Shown piece by piece: positions 30,701-37,487 of a DNA stretch of 60,042 nt. The DNA is taken from positions 1 through 60,042 of IMG/VR virus record IMGVR_UViG_3300046028_006424, one strand, 5' to 3'. Positions within the stretch are counted from its first letter, which is position 1, and every line of letters begins with the position of its first letter. The position numbers were made by a program, and so were the translations under genes. Under the pieces are notes generated by a model that was not told the DNA's origin, searched no databases, and saw only the letters and a program-made list of their open reading frames with translations. Source of the DNA: a virus. Taxonomy: Duplodnaviria > Caudoviricetes.

Positions 30701-33309
30701 TCGAAGGAGAGATTGCAAAGGCCGCGACAGCAGCCAGCCGAGCAAGCCTTGAAAGGACACTTGCGGAAGCCAAGGCCCGCATGGATCACAACGACCTCAT
30801 CGACAAGATGGCCGCTGAGAACAACGAGGCCGTGGACAAGATTTTGAAGCGTGTCGGCCTGACACAGGCAGACTTGACCATGACGCCCGATGACCGGCAC
30901 TCGCTGCAAACCGCCGTGCTGGACCTGCCGCCGGTGAAAAACGCCATGGTCACACTCTCCCCCGAGGTGCAAAAGGCCATCGAAATGAGCGTGCGCGGCT
31001 ACACGGACGCCGCAATCGCCCGTGACACTGGCCTGAAAACCGATGTTGTGGAGCGTGTCACCGAGCATTTCCGCAACGTGACTGCCAAGCAGGCCATTTC
31101 TCAGGCTGTCACCATCGGTAAGCAAACCCTCGGCGGATTCATCGAAGGCGGGAAGAACCTGATTCGCTGGATTCTTAAAGCGCCGCCCGCGCCGCTGCAA
31201 AACATGGTCAACATGGGGGTGAAGAACGCCGCCAACGTGCAGGCCCAGGTTCAGGCCATCTTAAACGCTGCCATTCCGACCCGCCGCAACCGCAACCGCC
31301 GCGCCCTGCATGCCGCCGTGGTGAACGGGAAGAAGGGCCAAAAGATCACCGTCTTTGTCCCCTACGACCCGACCGACTGGCAGCAGGTTTACCGTGTGGC
31401 CCGCGAACTCTCCACCCGTGACGCCACGGCGATGAACAAGGTGTACGAGTACTGGATCAACGGCATCCTGTCCGGCCCGCAGACGCATGTGGTCAACACC
31501 GCTTCAAATACCCTCTCGACGCTCTGGCACTACGGCCCGCAGTGGTTCGCCTCCGCGACCGTCAACACCATCATTCGCGACCCCAACTCGACGCAGTGGG
31601 GCGAGTTCCCGAAGGTGTGGGCAGGCTTTATGAAGGGCATTCAGCCCGCCATGGCAAACTTTGCGCTCGCATGGCGCACCGAGGCCGACCCCGTGGAGCA
31701 CACGTACCTCGACCGCCCGGTGACAGTTATGTTCAACGACGCCTCCCTTGAAAAAGCAGGTGGTGGCAAAGCCCCGTCCATTGGTGGCATTCCTGGCCGA
31801 ATCATTCGCTCGCCTGGCCGTTTCCTCGTCGCCATGGATGCGTTCGCCAAGACACTCATCATGCACGGTGAAGTGTCCGCCTACGCCTACCGACTTGGCA
31901 AACAGCGCGGCCTAGTCGGCGTGGCGCTCGAAAACTTCATGGCTTCGCAGATCGCGACCCATGGCTCTGAATCGTGGGAGCACTCCCTGCAAACGGCCAA
32001 GGAACTCACGTTCCAAGACGAGAATGACATTACGAAGGCCGTGGAGAAGGTCACGAATGCCGCCAAGCAGGCGAAGTACATCGGCCTCCTGTTCAAGTTC
32101 CTGCTCCCATTCGTCCGCACGCCGACCAACATCTACCGCACAGGCATGCGGAAAGCGGGCGGAAGCGCCGGTTTGCTGCTCTACCGTCTCGGCAAGGCCG
32201 GGTTCTATAAGATCCACAAGGGCGAAAACTTCTTCGACACCTATTCGAAGGGTAAGATGGTACAGGACGTGTCTGAATCGGTCATGGCTGGCGCTCTTTG
32301 GATGCTGGCTATGTCACTGTCCGAAGGCGACCCCGAGGACGAAAAGAAGGCGTTTGAGATCACTGGCGCACGCCCCTACGGCGTGGCAAATGCCGGGGAA
32401 CGTGCCAGCCAGCTACGGCAGGAGGGCGGTTCAAACCTCATCATCATTCGCAAGAACCCTGTCACGGGCGAGAAACTGGCCGATCCGATCCGCATCCCAT
32501 ACGGGCGATACGAGCCGATGGCGCTGACCATTGGCACGCTGGTGGATGCCGCCCGCGAGTTCAAGGAGTGGTCACGGCTGCCCGGTGGCGAGCAGACCGC
32601 CGACAAGCTGGCAGGCACGATCATGCAGCACATCGTTGCCCAGGCGCAGGACAAGACGTTCCTGCAAGGCATCTCGTCCGTTGCCCAGTTGGCCGAAGAC
32701 TTGACGCAGAACCGGCTTTCCCTTGGCGATTCCGTGGCAAAGCAGTTTGTCAACGGTGTGGTGCCGAACCTCATCCGCCAGACGCTTCGCCAAGCGCGGC
32801 CTGAACTCATCGACTCCAAGAAACCGCTGGAGGTGCTTGGATCGAAAACACTCGGCGGTGCGTTGTCCGAAGGGCAAGCCAAGATCAACGAGGCAGGGAA
32901 ACCCGTCACTCGCCGCGGCGGACCGGTGGGCAATATTCTGTTCCCCGGTGCCACCGAGCCGAGTAAGGCGCTGTTTGATACCGCGTTGAAGGACTGGAAC
33001 GCCCGCCATCCCAGCGAGAAGTGGAACCCTGACCCCATCACGAAGGGCGACTGGTTCATCTATGACCCAGCCATGGGCAGCAAAAAGGGCAAGTTCCCGC
33101 TCAAAGATTCGCGCCAGATTTCCCTGTTCGAGAAGAACGTGGGCATCATGTTCGACAAGCTGGCCGCGCAAGCCTTGGCGAAAACCGGCTACCGTCCCGG
33201 CGTCAAAGTCACCCCCGACCAGATCGAAGCCATCAAAGACGCTCGAACTGCCGCTATCAAACGTGTTCGTTCTATGCCACCATCAGCCTTTACTGTGAAG
33301 ACCAAATGA
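15769..33309 (+). CDS. Giant (~5850 aa) polyvalent DarB-like virion-delivered protein
   Basis: ParB-like VIDGHHR (~20035-20250); zincin HEVIH (20662); sliding-clamp-like STDDSR..LVATDGR (~21610-22270); amino-MTase DATAGNG/NPPF (23656/23842); Strawberry-notch-type SF2 helicase GDETGIGKG/DEAH (~24920-26700); ART-like AYHG..GWGLYF..NYVLFD (~28750-29630); C-terminal LSGP.TH/PFVRTP region. Confidence 0.9.
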   Translation: MPDFSENRRRIRTPGVNSQQSQSPFISDTQVRMMNAQRGQSIMADKIARAGVPSSYTPRKSTSSRDTNGDGVISSGERVDHIKRPDGTLVPVAAATGDPYLVRPKGVDHYVSPRSGDRFKVDPASPTGLLSIGSARDEAMRKAAEKQAKEDAAASKIEAKAVTDADKATAKAAAEAKKLANAQATDKLIAEGRAYHLSRETGTPLPVQTDEEFAKAKQEKMAKLQQEAAAKPYKKRLDELQLELSNPDLPKVTDKDLSDADNERAAAETELMAQRGTDDLATPLTDDEVKAALADPLRKDAANKLLAAREKTAALPKHVAKRLALEKEAYETKKRILDPLKYAADLKAEAPMKSDDELKAHADEINNRIKARDADVRQEAARITQKDGQFSQQYALTKQKYDEALTGGDPNVIGTLGDSMRDLEQQMLQWQGSSQDQRAAVDAESEQIKHDASHLQILADEQKKRDAVRQDQYTAALDAALPSAGQKYKSVTEDAYKRREDLRAKYPDPFAPEAKAAFDALNKDFEEKATAITKEADAAARAKQQKQQELRGKAFDAAQAAKSEIAKQRAADPAAPHGLSDLLSISKWKKAFTMTHEERSAEDSAQMQKQKAIIVEQMKKAGLDPENPEHQTFMEDAEKMDWSNAIIASDEKGGWGGKMGAEHALKGITNMLASGKDDSTAEISRTLSDGTLMINPLLVQDDAGYKKAVEKADAKPEAKAAALKQLPELQIQQAAALLPALLDTPKATPGESYESFEKRRETDPEHGEWFKGLRDGEKVREYFKEQQNRGNLVNVIDYLGTQAMSGLLQAGTMVLGTAGIATGFIPKVGEAISQTAAEGSKIASSMTATTRQETGAGGALRTVGQIANMAPPLALVALSGGRTAPMLGLSGMQTAGSQYAQGYQEMRDKGATHAEAWKAQALPAVASGIVTAALTHAGGQKGIEALYSPAGRAAAKEAIKSYWTALPKAFVKEGGREFLFEELPDELISTIIAAKASGDDPAKAVHQLIDQLPEFGAAIMLLGGAGGVKEAMQENRTASQPPAEDLADAPTPSVLPETEAARTAAIQAWTPATVPNSVLNATKAAHGKDATPEQQTDMARTAAHALVEIAAGGDPRTMSPEVRRVLGIKINSKDGSIVPASANVMPLVESVADPKGNHQPVITDAARAWLAKEVPTAAEAIKSSYAERVEQIKNPPKPAKKPKVEKAQPANASQEMSATKLRKLAQQRQNELLWKRDGKAGGTDEIATSPRQLSAAEKAELESLDKHLAADDTEALAKQYGVKIKAPVDVTSPATTPTEPAASPTKATTPPSKPAESVNSGQSSPKLPRELASAKPRWKEYELEFESDIDRAAYIAAQEKPSKRDADYLAFAMKHAGLSEPAVRSHGAAVRAYIKANTGSAKNSKTGPTIAIPSQMEARKPAVEISPHLIETVPEDLARAQEDRTANNERWQRAEKSTDPIHVLQLPGGKYRVIDGHHRLIDRLAKGQPIMATMGKAKTPQKEEKPQPTEQEKAPRGTIEPVATAPEDRKDAAQGLAGGALLAAAEKQSQAVVSKMQGEEKQRAIIARDVILAVIRRYNGHLPIDLAKGDNGFSFSNEGKVLINPRKAIMDVVEATSSNAEAKTMAEKLFDHEVIHLFATSKIEPARIKAVWNDLPQDVKNAVIKAYSIRLVASGQPAVDLNDFAGGHEYFRAMIEATRTGVLSEQAIGPKLAEKWKQIVLDFLAILKDLKKQFASIKSEAKRTELTARVEAIRKEISDALDQFERSIAPQESNNPGKEPALATSTGAVSTTETSSESPVKGSTETVAAADGVTSITNAKESSVKSEKQEAIRAGIPVKEVTTPAAIKEKNPADAKALREMKRYLLEKIDDAIATAGDPSQPKVVIEIPGDGTFTLHNNKKTLQEFAKKAKSFPTSTPAATVPKLTEIRPSGIPVLNKGKVTTATLVKVAGAFASTDDSRQSIMQVADFGDTLVATDGRMMFTAPIPGEGTEEDPVLYSANGARLGPQSKNEKFGKYPGWQVAIPQDAEVIYRGLDTGRLWQILKQASAVYRDTNWKVVNGKGQTENQTPYVQIFINPDNTIGVRGEADNRTQDGGGYVSNIDVYEHNMQPGAQIVGRFDADLFMSALAAFRAIGQEKVSIKSTDDKTQGAMILSSRAADVIIMRVKGLSPSEKAAPSPAETKSPAISPPEIKDDAPSLKSEEPAAPKDAIDSALDEAFGGLYAPPTGKGTPLDLSEAISAVEAFYADPSEPTNWPEDLQEDFEKAPLSQAVESTDFVAFYEALPENKRTKEFTQWYEEAKANETVQKRLDGFYSTLKKNPQAAFTADEWAALQASPNEARRDIETQKQVTERAIQQLTIPERKIYDDDLENLNEFWESDKPQEMAMAGFLPQVKERVQSTIQQIEALGRHKWDKTMQAFDELDEPQVLFQNPGPVEQVALPKDRRDAMMKAAGALVDLGLKTPQELAARLDKLAPNGALRQYARSFWRLMTGFDAELDENPDWQAIYAPKVEAPATAEPDAIRDLILSDDSRAKKAQAMKKLSQERGETIKETQEFVESRLVQIADEVARNGEPAKDRFDELVSIYDKQPLFSARTSTSMENQAYSTPAPMAFVLGHMTGVTPQTSVYDATAGNGMLEIGANLENSVANEIDETRRTGLQQLGVGTITNKDATSPVGAFKDRAKAQVVHLNPPFGGIPNTNFDGFGIRKLEHIISLHALKEGMADNGTAAIILGATMHNQEQSKGAQWVFENYLYGNYHVIDNFEVSGDLYGNQGAKWPVRILVIAGRRAVPLTKQDLAPKTVDRLETWDDVWTRAERTRHEVERQRQILGTDGQSSVPAGTPTGNEGTQKPGSVSSGQPSNAPTPASGGKRGGNSGGKSSSSTTGNGSSGLDASGTSEQSADAGTADQSDASGRKPTSGVEGGRGSSTKSPSNAGNGSPTDRGNADAGGADQSNDRGVKRKKAEATATQVPYDPASTGNPFETLVPRGIGDALQSALAEIKANRGPIDQYVADSLDMSVADLQKAMAAEQIDGVAMAIYQMETGGALIIGDETGIGKGRQAASLIRFAILKGKIPVFFTKDPKLFSDMWGDLRDIGTQMSEPNASASDLSVRPLVLGDAEKAQIKTPDNVVVLKPASNAKQSKIFAAAKEEGFASTGHNAIFATYSQIRDPNARQEFLEWLAANDDIVVVLDEAHESAGDGETSMQAAFMMGGTIKRGKGSAKTEITKSGLLNGQGAMHPRGGVLYLSATFAKRPDNMPVYYRTDLRRGADNFKQVVEAMTRGGVALQQAITEALAEAGQYTRRERDFTGVSYSMKRVDVGDETELVRQVDEVTNVLSEISAFSKRISSIVQASTAQSNSQTSMTDFASIVHNQVGQLLLAAKADAVVDEVVEAHKRGEKPIVALMNTMESFLQQYVDDLDIKPGQPLNLNWSALLEYALSRTLRASEKLPNGDTEIFIVDPADYNLAGRYNEVLKAARAVSVEFPVSPIDYIIQKAKAGGVNVGELTGRESGIDYTDFKTGAGTYRKFKRADKNTLVNTFNNGTLAGLLLNASGSTGLSIHASEKFKDQKPRHMIIAQPALDINVFIQTLGRIKRTGIVMNGRYPGGEAYGARYSHLTLPLNSEMRPAIMAARKMKSLNANTTGESDSAVKIEAEDLMNRFGNQVVAEYLSRIPELQGELNLDVTEREDGTVEVPQDIARKFTGRMALQTNARQGEAYAEIIADYRRAVEQAKVTGDYDLEIIIHDDWDATKASSEQIVAGTDESSIFTSSVNVQGWDMTDTRPTPSGADMLAEFTKENGSNQQLDTRWQSFSREVNERLDGLEKRTQARLGEAQATLAGLAEADPGYKAADLAVSMLLRQQGNIAVKKARWRDTQRRLDDIIDEAGKPVMLENAETNEMDHGMMTQIKFPDITGQLRIAPSAFKMTYLLNRPGGRIYPSLASFKADGYTQARSQYYLEDMTGDRGGRRERRTILVGSPIRAYGATGGKGKVVRFKSRDGELITGIMMPRSWGISNLVEDPRKELADAAAVVRYMQENPYSAGYVESGESVRIHHNYGSYRISAPSARRTGGDIFLDEELRDIVGDFSKNGQRMTADLNSSDIERAAARVVQITGKRFKGQDLNKVRKANGTAEDSAESKTVRPKSALKEAATKEWDKHIEKGGSLGQPPAGRDDPNSIRNAKRIRYRGLFKNQESSNGRAITENLNNRARAGQIIRSFERDWAPFFTYIDDTAPEGKRKEALKKLVNKFAMSDSPESKSLYKWYSELPLGELVPEDTERVKEAKELLPYLENLTISAPTVTHVMPDGAQLTSEGVQTLMANPRAYHGTPHKVDKFSMDKIGTGEGNQAYGWGLYFAESRMVGIEYRDTLGNMRLKMPDGGYVDEKLSTSGAKRILREARSYWIEKKTLKQFRSDLEMQRDRALVWAKQGNSAESNQQFAADADEILKLTDDAVLESTGNLYTVDLLPDEEDFLDWDKPFHAQSQKVQDAIRAYLPTSTSILKNRDDIGEFEGQRIYTWISNSGDKKECSKAMLAAGIPGIRYLDGNSRSFAGFWAESKPDEFGRWWVTNGRERVYTNSQSDAAAEVKKRNSDNRGTYNYVLFDESLVRIIAENGNPVDAALGAPPSSYRSPVSMLEEAVGRLGGTAPANKPAGLSSMFNPKAGRPATGERTLFETPKNPGPAFQTKDLHAAYQRAIRSTSTIWASIRSVFDEAKKLNPSLKKVDFMAQLKAAYYSNLVGIEPSEQSSTVNAAGDFTMRDSLGVVHTNMVFMPTTEAEMIEAAERDTSSTPDQILNDWANSELSQPPSPPIDPTVANQGDTRDNREAFARIRGSYIAEEITQANFDEIREKVQSQIDEDEEGMLDNIQWKVANDEQLSLEEEIARRMLANTLRTRGVRENDPSLVVLADSLWGQDIRDATETARKLAVRVDQLQSPQERLDAAMGRIIAPNRAKLRERLTTAWTPSAKRREIARLEGEIAKAATAASRASLERTLAEAKARMDHNDLIDKMAAENNEAVDKILKRVGLTQADLTMTPDDRHSLQTAVLDLPPVKNAMVTLSPEVQKAIEMSVRGYTDAAIARDTGLKTDVVERVTEHFRNVTAKQAISQAVTIGKQTLGGFIEGGKNLIRWILKAPPAPLQNMVNMGVKNAANVQAQVQAILNAAIPTRRNRNRRALHAAVVNGKKGQKITVFVPYDPTDWQQVYRVARELSTRDATAMNKVYEYWINGILSGPQTHVVNTASNTLSTLWHYGPQWFASATVNTIIRDPNSTQWGEFPKVWAGFMKGIQPAMANFALAWRTEADPVEHTYLDRPVTVMFNDASLEKAGGGKAPSIGGIPGRIIRSPGRFLVAMDAFAKTLIMHGEVSAYAYRLGKQRGLVGVALENFMASQIATHGSESWEHSLQTAKELTFQDENDITKAVEKVTNAAKQAKYIGLLFKFLLPFVRTPTNIYRTGMRKAGGSAGLLLYRLGKAGFYKIHKGENFFDTYSKGKMVQDVSESVMAGALWMLAMSLSEGDPEDEKKAFEITGARPYGVANAGERASQLRQEGGSNLIIIRKNPVTGEKLADPIRIPYGRYEPMALTIGTLVDAAREFKEWSRLPGGEQTADKLAGTIMQHIVAQAQDKTFLQGISSVAQLAEDLTQNRLSLGDSVAKQFVNGVVPNLIRQTLRQARPELIDSKKPLEVLGSKTLGGALSEGQAKINEAGKPVTRRGGPVGNILFPGATEPSKALFDTALKDWNARHPSEKWNPDPITKGDWFIYDPAMGSKKGKFPLKDSRQISLFEKNVGIMFDKLAAQALAKTGYRPGVKVTPDQIEAIKDARTAAIKRVRSMPPSAFTVKTK
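24233..24649 (+). CDS. Candidate overprinted 138-aa helical protein in the +1 frame inside the giant gene
   Basis: L/E/Q-rich amphipathic sequence exactly where the main frame is a G/S/T/N low-complexity linker; alternative start 24269. Confidence 0.6.
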   Translation: MKLNANDRFSAPMDNPRYLLVLPQGTKEPKNRDQYLAANLQMLQRLQAEASEEEIQEANQVLRQLETEVLDWMPQELLSNPQTLELLTSLTPVDGSPLQEWKAGEEAALKAPRMLETEARQIAETLTLAGRISQMIEA

Positions 33310-35468
33310 ATCACCTGTCCCCGCTCATTCATTCCAGCATCGGCATGACCGCCGCTGACTTCCAAGAACTCGTTTCCTACATCAAGGCACGCACTATCTA
33401 CGAGCGCGACCTGCTTGGATGGGGAGACAACCGGTTCTTCAAGGCCAACTCACTGTTTGCCAAGTGGGCGCAGGTGGAGCGGCAGGTAGAGCAGGATTTC
33501 AAGGACCGAGTGCAGCCGAACAGCATTTACGAGGACTCAAACCTTTCGCAAAACCTGCCTTTCACCATCGCCAGCCAGCATCTTGACCGGATCACCCGCG
33601 ACCTGCTCGACGGCCCGAAGTTCTTTGATGTGAACCCCGAAGGCGACGAGGACGCCCGTTTGCAGGCACAACTTCTGTCGATGCAGCCGCCGATTGTGGA
33701 ACCGGGGCAGATCCTACCACAGACTCCGCAGAAGCCGACCGAAACCTTGATGCGCGTCCTTCACAAGGAGTCCCGCGTGCGAAACCTACATTCGACCCTC
33801 GCAAAAGGCGTGCAGAACGCCCTTTTTCGTGGCCATGAGATCCTGCGGCCAAGCTACGAGCGCCGGCAGATCCCCAAACGCGTGCAGGTGAACGCCTGGC
33901 AGGTAAACGGCGTCAATCTGCGCGACTCGAAAAACAAGGTGATGATGTGTGACCAAGGCTGGCAGTCAGACCCAAGCCAGCCGCCAGACAAGGCTGAAAT
34001 CGTGTCGTTGGCCGATCCGCGCATTCGCCTCCCCGCAGGTACCCTGCTGACCAAATCGCCCGAGCTTTACGGCGTCAACCGCATGACGACGGTGACAAAT
34101 GGGTGCGATGTGAAGCCGATCTATTGGGCCGACTTCGTGATTCCAGTCATTTCGACGTGGGAGGATGCCGACTTTCGCGGGCATTTCTTCCGCGCCTCCG
34201 TCGATGACATTATGTCGATGTACCCCAAGGAGACTTGGACGAACGACGGGGGAGCCTACTGGAAACGCCACATGAACGGCGGACTTGGCATCAACCAGCG
34301 TACTTTTCAGGTGGTAGCCACAGAAGCCGTGCTGGACCGTGGCGAAGTGCAGATATTCACGCAGGACAGCCCATCGTTCAACACGAAGGCATCCCGCCAA
34401 CAGCGGACCTTTTTCGAGTGGTGGGGGCGCTACGACGCCGACAAGGACGGGTACGCAGAACCGCTGCACATCGTGCTCGACTGGGAAGATGAGACGGTGA
34501 TTCGCATGGAGGGTGCAAACATTGTGCTTCCGTGGATGGAAGCCGCGATGCCAAACCCATACTTGAACATGCGGATCTTCCCCGTGGACAAGCGATGGTA
34601 CGGCAATGGCTACTACGACGTGTATTCATCGTGGCACCTTTTTGGGGACCGCTGCTGGAATCAAGCCGTGCTCGACATGGAGAACAGCGGAAACCTGTTC
34701 TTCCAGAACCGGGGAGCCTACGTCAACCCGAACGACGCCGACAACCTCGGCTTTCGCACGGGCCTTGTTTACGACATCCTCAGTTCAGCGGAAACGCCGA
34801 TCAAGACCGTTTCCGTGGCCTCAACAGCAGGCACCTACCTTGACGCCATGGACCGCGTTTCGCAGCGCATGCAGGCGCACGGCGGCACGATGGGGGCGGC
34901 AGATCCAGCCAGCAGCGCATTACCTGGCGCTGACACCCTCGGCGGCCTGAATAAAATATTGGAGCAGGGAGACGTTTTTGTCTCTGCCCGTGAACGCGAA
35001 CTCATGCCGGCGCTGAACGAGGCCGTGCGGCAGGTGGCCGACATCATGGTTTATGCCATCAAGCAAGATCCCAAGTCGATGATGGATCAGGTAGGAGAGA
35101 TGGCGGGCGGGATGCTCCTGCAATTCCTCAACGCACGGCCCGAGCACGTCCGCGACCTCATCGAAGTGAACCTTTCCAAGGCATTCGGCAGCGGGCAGGT
35201 GCAGACCGCGCAGGCCATTATTCAGAGTTTGGGCGCATGGATGGGAGTCCCGAGCCTCTACAAGGTGCAGTTCAGGCCAGCGTATGAGCTTGTCCTGCGT
35301 GGCCTCGGCGTGTCCGACCCGAAAACTTACCTTGCCGACCCCGAAGCCGCCATGCTGGCGCAACAGGCGATGATGCAGCAGCCGGAACAACCGGGAGAGC
35401 CGCCTGCTGGTGGACCTCCCGCGCCCGCCGGACAACCTCAACAACCCGCCCCGAATCAGCCACAATGA
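33306..35468 (+). CDS. Portal protein (podovirus-type)
   Basis: 720 aa; FFDVNPEGDED, FEWWGRYDADKDGYAE, WYGNGY, Q/P-rich tail; coupled to the giant gene. Confidence 0.75.
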   Translation: MNHLSPLIHSSIGMTAADFQELVSYIKARTIYERDLLGWGDNRFFKANSLFAKWAQVERQVEQDFKDRVQPNSIYEDSNLSQNLPFTIASQHLDRITRDLLDGPKFFDVNPEGDEDARLQAQLLSMQPPIVEPGQILPQTPQKPTETLMRVLHKESRVRNLHSTLAKGVQNALFRGHEILRPSYERRQIPKRVQVNAWQVNGVNLRDSKNKVMMCDQGWQSDPSQPPDKAEIVSLADPRIRLPAGTLLTKSPELYGVNRMTTVTNGCDVKPIYWADFVIPVISTWEDADFRGHFFRASVDDIMSMYPKETWTNDGGAYWKRHMNGGLGINQRTFQVVATEAVLDRGEVQIFTQDSPSFNTKASRQQRTFFEWWGRYDADKDGYAEPLHIVLDWEDETVIRMEGANIVLPWMEAAMPNPYLNMRIFPVDKRWYGNGYYDVYSSWHLFGDRCWNQAVLDMENSGNLFFQNRGAYVNPNDADNLGFRTGLVYDILSSAETPIKTVSVASTAGTYLDAMDRVSQRMQAHGGTMGAADPASSALPGADTLGGLNKILEQGDVFVSARERELMPALNEAVRQVADIMVYAIKQDPKSMMDQVGEMAGGMLLQFLNARPEHVRDLIEVNLSKAFGSGQVQTAQAIIQSLGAWMGVPSLYKVQFRPAYELVLRGLGVSDPKTYLADPEAAMLAQQAMMQQPEQPGEPPAGGPPAPAGQPQQPAPNQPQ

Positions 35469-35767
35469 AAGCCCAAGCACCTACCGAAGCAGAGAAGGAG
35501 ATGCGCGCCCGAGTCGTTCAAGCGTGCGTTTTGATGGACGATGACTCGAATCTACGCCTCCTGCGTGACGACTACCTCGACGGCGAACAGGAGAACTTGG
35601 CCGCGCAGGCATTGACCCTTTTGGAGCAAGCCGTCACGCTCGAACAGTTTGCCCTCGCCAAATCCTGCGCCATCGCCCGTGTAAAAGTGCGTGCATTTCA
35701 GCAAAGTCTGGTGAAAATGGCGCAAGACAGCAAGAAAGATTCTGAAAAACCCACTCCTGCGCCATGA
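35465..35767 (+). CDS. Small helical protein following the portal
   Basis: ATGA coupling. Confidence 0.7.
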   Translation: MKAQAPTEAEKEMRARVVQACVLMDDDSNLRLLRDDYLDGEQENLAAQALTLLEQAVTLEQFALAKSCAIARVKVRAFQQSLVKMAQDSKKDSEKPTPAP

Positions 35768-36234
35768 CCTCCACTCCGACCATTGCAACAATCTTGGCAC
35801 AGGAAGACGGCCCCGTTGAGGAACGGCACTATCAGCGCCGGATGTTGGAAGCCGTGGGAGGCGTTGCCGCTACCTTGGCTGCTGGAACAAACACCATCGG
35901 CGCAACCAAGGACGCAGGCCCGTCGTGGACCGTGGCACGGCTTTACACGCCCATCACCACCGCCACGACCACCGACATCACGGCGGCTCCGACCAGCGGC
36001 CAAAAGATCGTGCTGGACGACTGCCTGATTTCCTGTGACGCGGCCTGTGCGGTGTCCATCGTGGAAGAAACCAGCGGCACGGTGTTTGCCAAGGTCTTCA
36101 TGCCTGCCAACGGCACGGTTCAAATCACCCTGCGCGACGCCCTCAAGGCGGCGGTGGCAAACAAGAAGCTGCGGGCGATCACGTCTGCGGCGGTGAATTG
36201 TTCCATCACTGCGTGCTATCACTCGGAGGCGTAA
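35764..36234 (+). CDS. Putative beta-rich virion structural protein
   Basis: T/A-rich beta-strand pattern. Confidence 0.6.
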   Translation: MTSTPTIATILAQEDGPVEERHYQRRMLEAVGGVAATLAAGTNTIGATKDAGPSWTVARLYTPITTATTTDITAAPTSGQKIVLDDCLISCDAACAVSIVEETSGTVFAKVFMPANGTVQITLRDALKAAVANKKLRAITSAAVNCSITACYHSEA

Positions 36235-36237
36235 CCT

Positions 36238-37071
36238 ATGGCTTTTCCTGCTGCCTGCTATCCCCATGGAGGTCAACAAGCCGCGCCGTTTGTGGGGGCG
36301 CTGGATGCTTACACTAGCGGTTTGAAAGTGTGCTGGAGCATCACAAAGCGTCAACTTACGTCATACGCAGGCACCGCCGCATTGGTTAGAGCCGACCGGA
36401 CGGGGCAACCGACTTACCAGATTCCATTCCTGGCTAATGGTGACTGGGATACAGCAGGGCTACTGAGCTTTGCGGGAAGTGACTCTGTGTATGTGGTGAC
36501 TGTGTATGACCAGTCAGGAGCTGCCATAGACTTGACACAAGCGACTGCCGTCATTCAGCCGCGAATCGTTAATGCTGGTTCTTTGGAGACTGCCGGGATG
36601 CGGTTTTACTCCAACCAGCGAATTAACACCGCTTCCCTTGCCTTCACCAATTTTGCGAGTGCAACAGCGGTGCAGGTGGTGAGTAAGGCGACGATTCAAA
36701 CAGGCGGCACCAACGCAAGGTTTTTTGATTTTGGACTGGCAAGCGAGATCGCTTCTTATCTCCCTTTTGGAACCGATGTCTATTGGGATGCTCCGCAAGC
36801 CACAGCACGTATGAACGCCACTCTTCCAGGCGGCACGGTGGGGAGTGAAAAAACTTTCAGTTTTGAGCGGAGTGGTGCAAACCAAGGAGTCGTCATTAAC
36901 GGCAGCAGTCTTGTGTCTGGCAGTGGGGCGGCTGGTAGCATCTCAGCCACAGCCCCGTTTTATGTCGCAAGTGATTCATTTGTAGCATCAACGTGGCGCG
37001 GTTGGATAGCCACCATGGTTCTCTGGGATAACACGACCGATGCCGCAGGGAGGGCGGCGGCGCTGGCATGA
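36238..37071 (+). CDS. Putative tail/receptor-binding protein, concanavalin/LamG-like
   Basis: LTSYAG.ALVRADR...VVTVYDQSG..DLTQAT..QPRIVNAG. Confidence 0.65.
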   Translation: MAFPAACYPHGGQQAAPFVGALDAYTSGLKVCWSITKRQLTSYAGTAALVRADRTGQPTYQIPFLANGDWDTAGLLSFAGSDSVYVVTVYDQSGAAIDLTQATAVIQPRIVNAGSLETAGMRFYSNQRINTASLAFTNFASATAVQVVSKATIQTGGTNARFFDFGLASEIASYLPFGTDVYWDAPQATARMNATLPGGTVGSEKTFSFERSGANQGVVINGSSLVSGSGAAGSISATAPFYVASDSFVASTWRGWIATMVLWDNTTDAAGRAAALA

Positions 37072-37487
37072 ACGAAGATGTTTACATTCCTTCTGCGAAG
37101 GCGGAGGAGCTGACGGCGGCGCTGTGGGAGCTGTCTGATCCGAACCCGACACGGGGGACGACGGGGATGTTTCCGGGGGTGAAGGAGCGGGATGGATCGA
37201 TGTGCCTGCTGGTGCGGCAGGACTACGGTATTCCGGTGCATGGGACAGCGGTGCTGGGGAGGATCGGGGGGATCTTGCAGCCGTGGATTGACGATGAGCT
37301 GCTGCCGGCTGAGACGAATCAGAGACTGAGCGATTACATCATCTCGATGCGCGGACAGAGACTGGTGGTTTACCAGGCGTTTCCGGCGCTGTTCAAGCTG
37401 CGGGATGCGGGGAACCCGGAAGGGCTGGGGCGGACGAAGACGGAGATGATTGAAGAGGGAAGGCTGGAGGGGCCGAAGATGCCATGA
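37068..37487 (+). CDS. Hypothetical protein, possible fiber-associated chaperone
   Basis: Coupled to the fiber-like gene; G-rich codons. Confidence 0.65.
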   Translation: MNEDVYIPSAKAEELTAALWELSDPNPTRGTTGMFPGVKERDGSMCLLVRQDYGIPVHGTAVLGRIGGILQPWIDDELLPAETNQRLSDYIISMRGQRLVVYQAFPALFKLRDAGNPEGLGRTKTEMIEEGRLEGPKMP

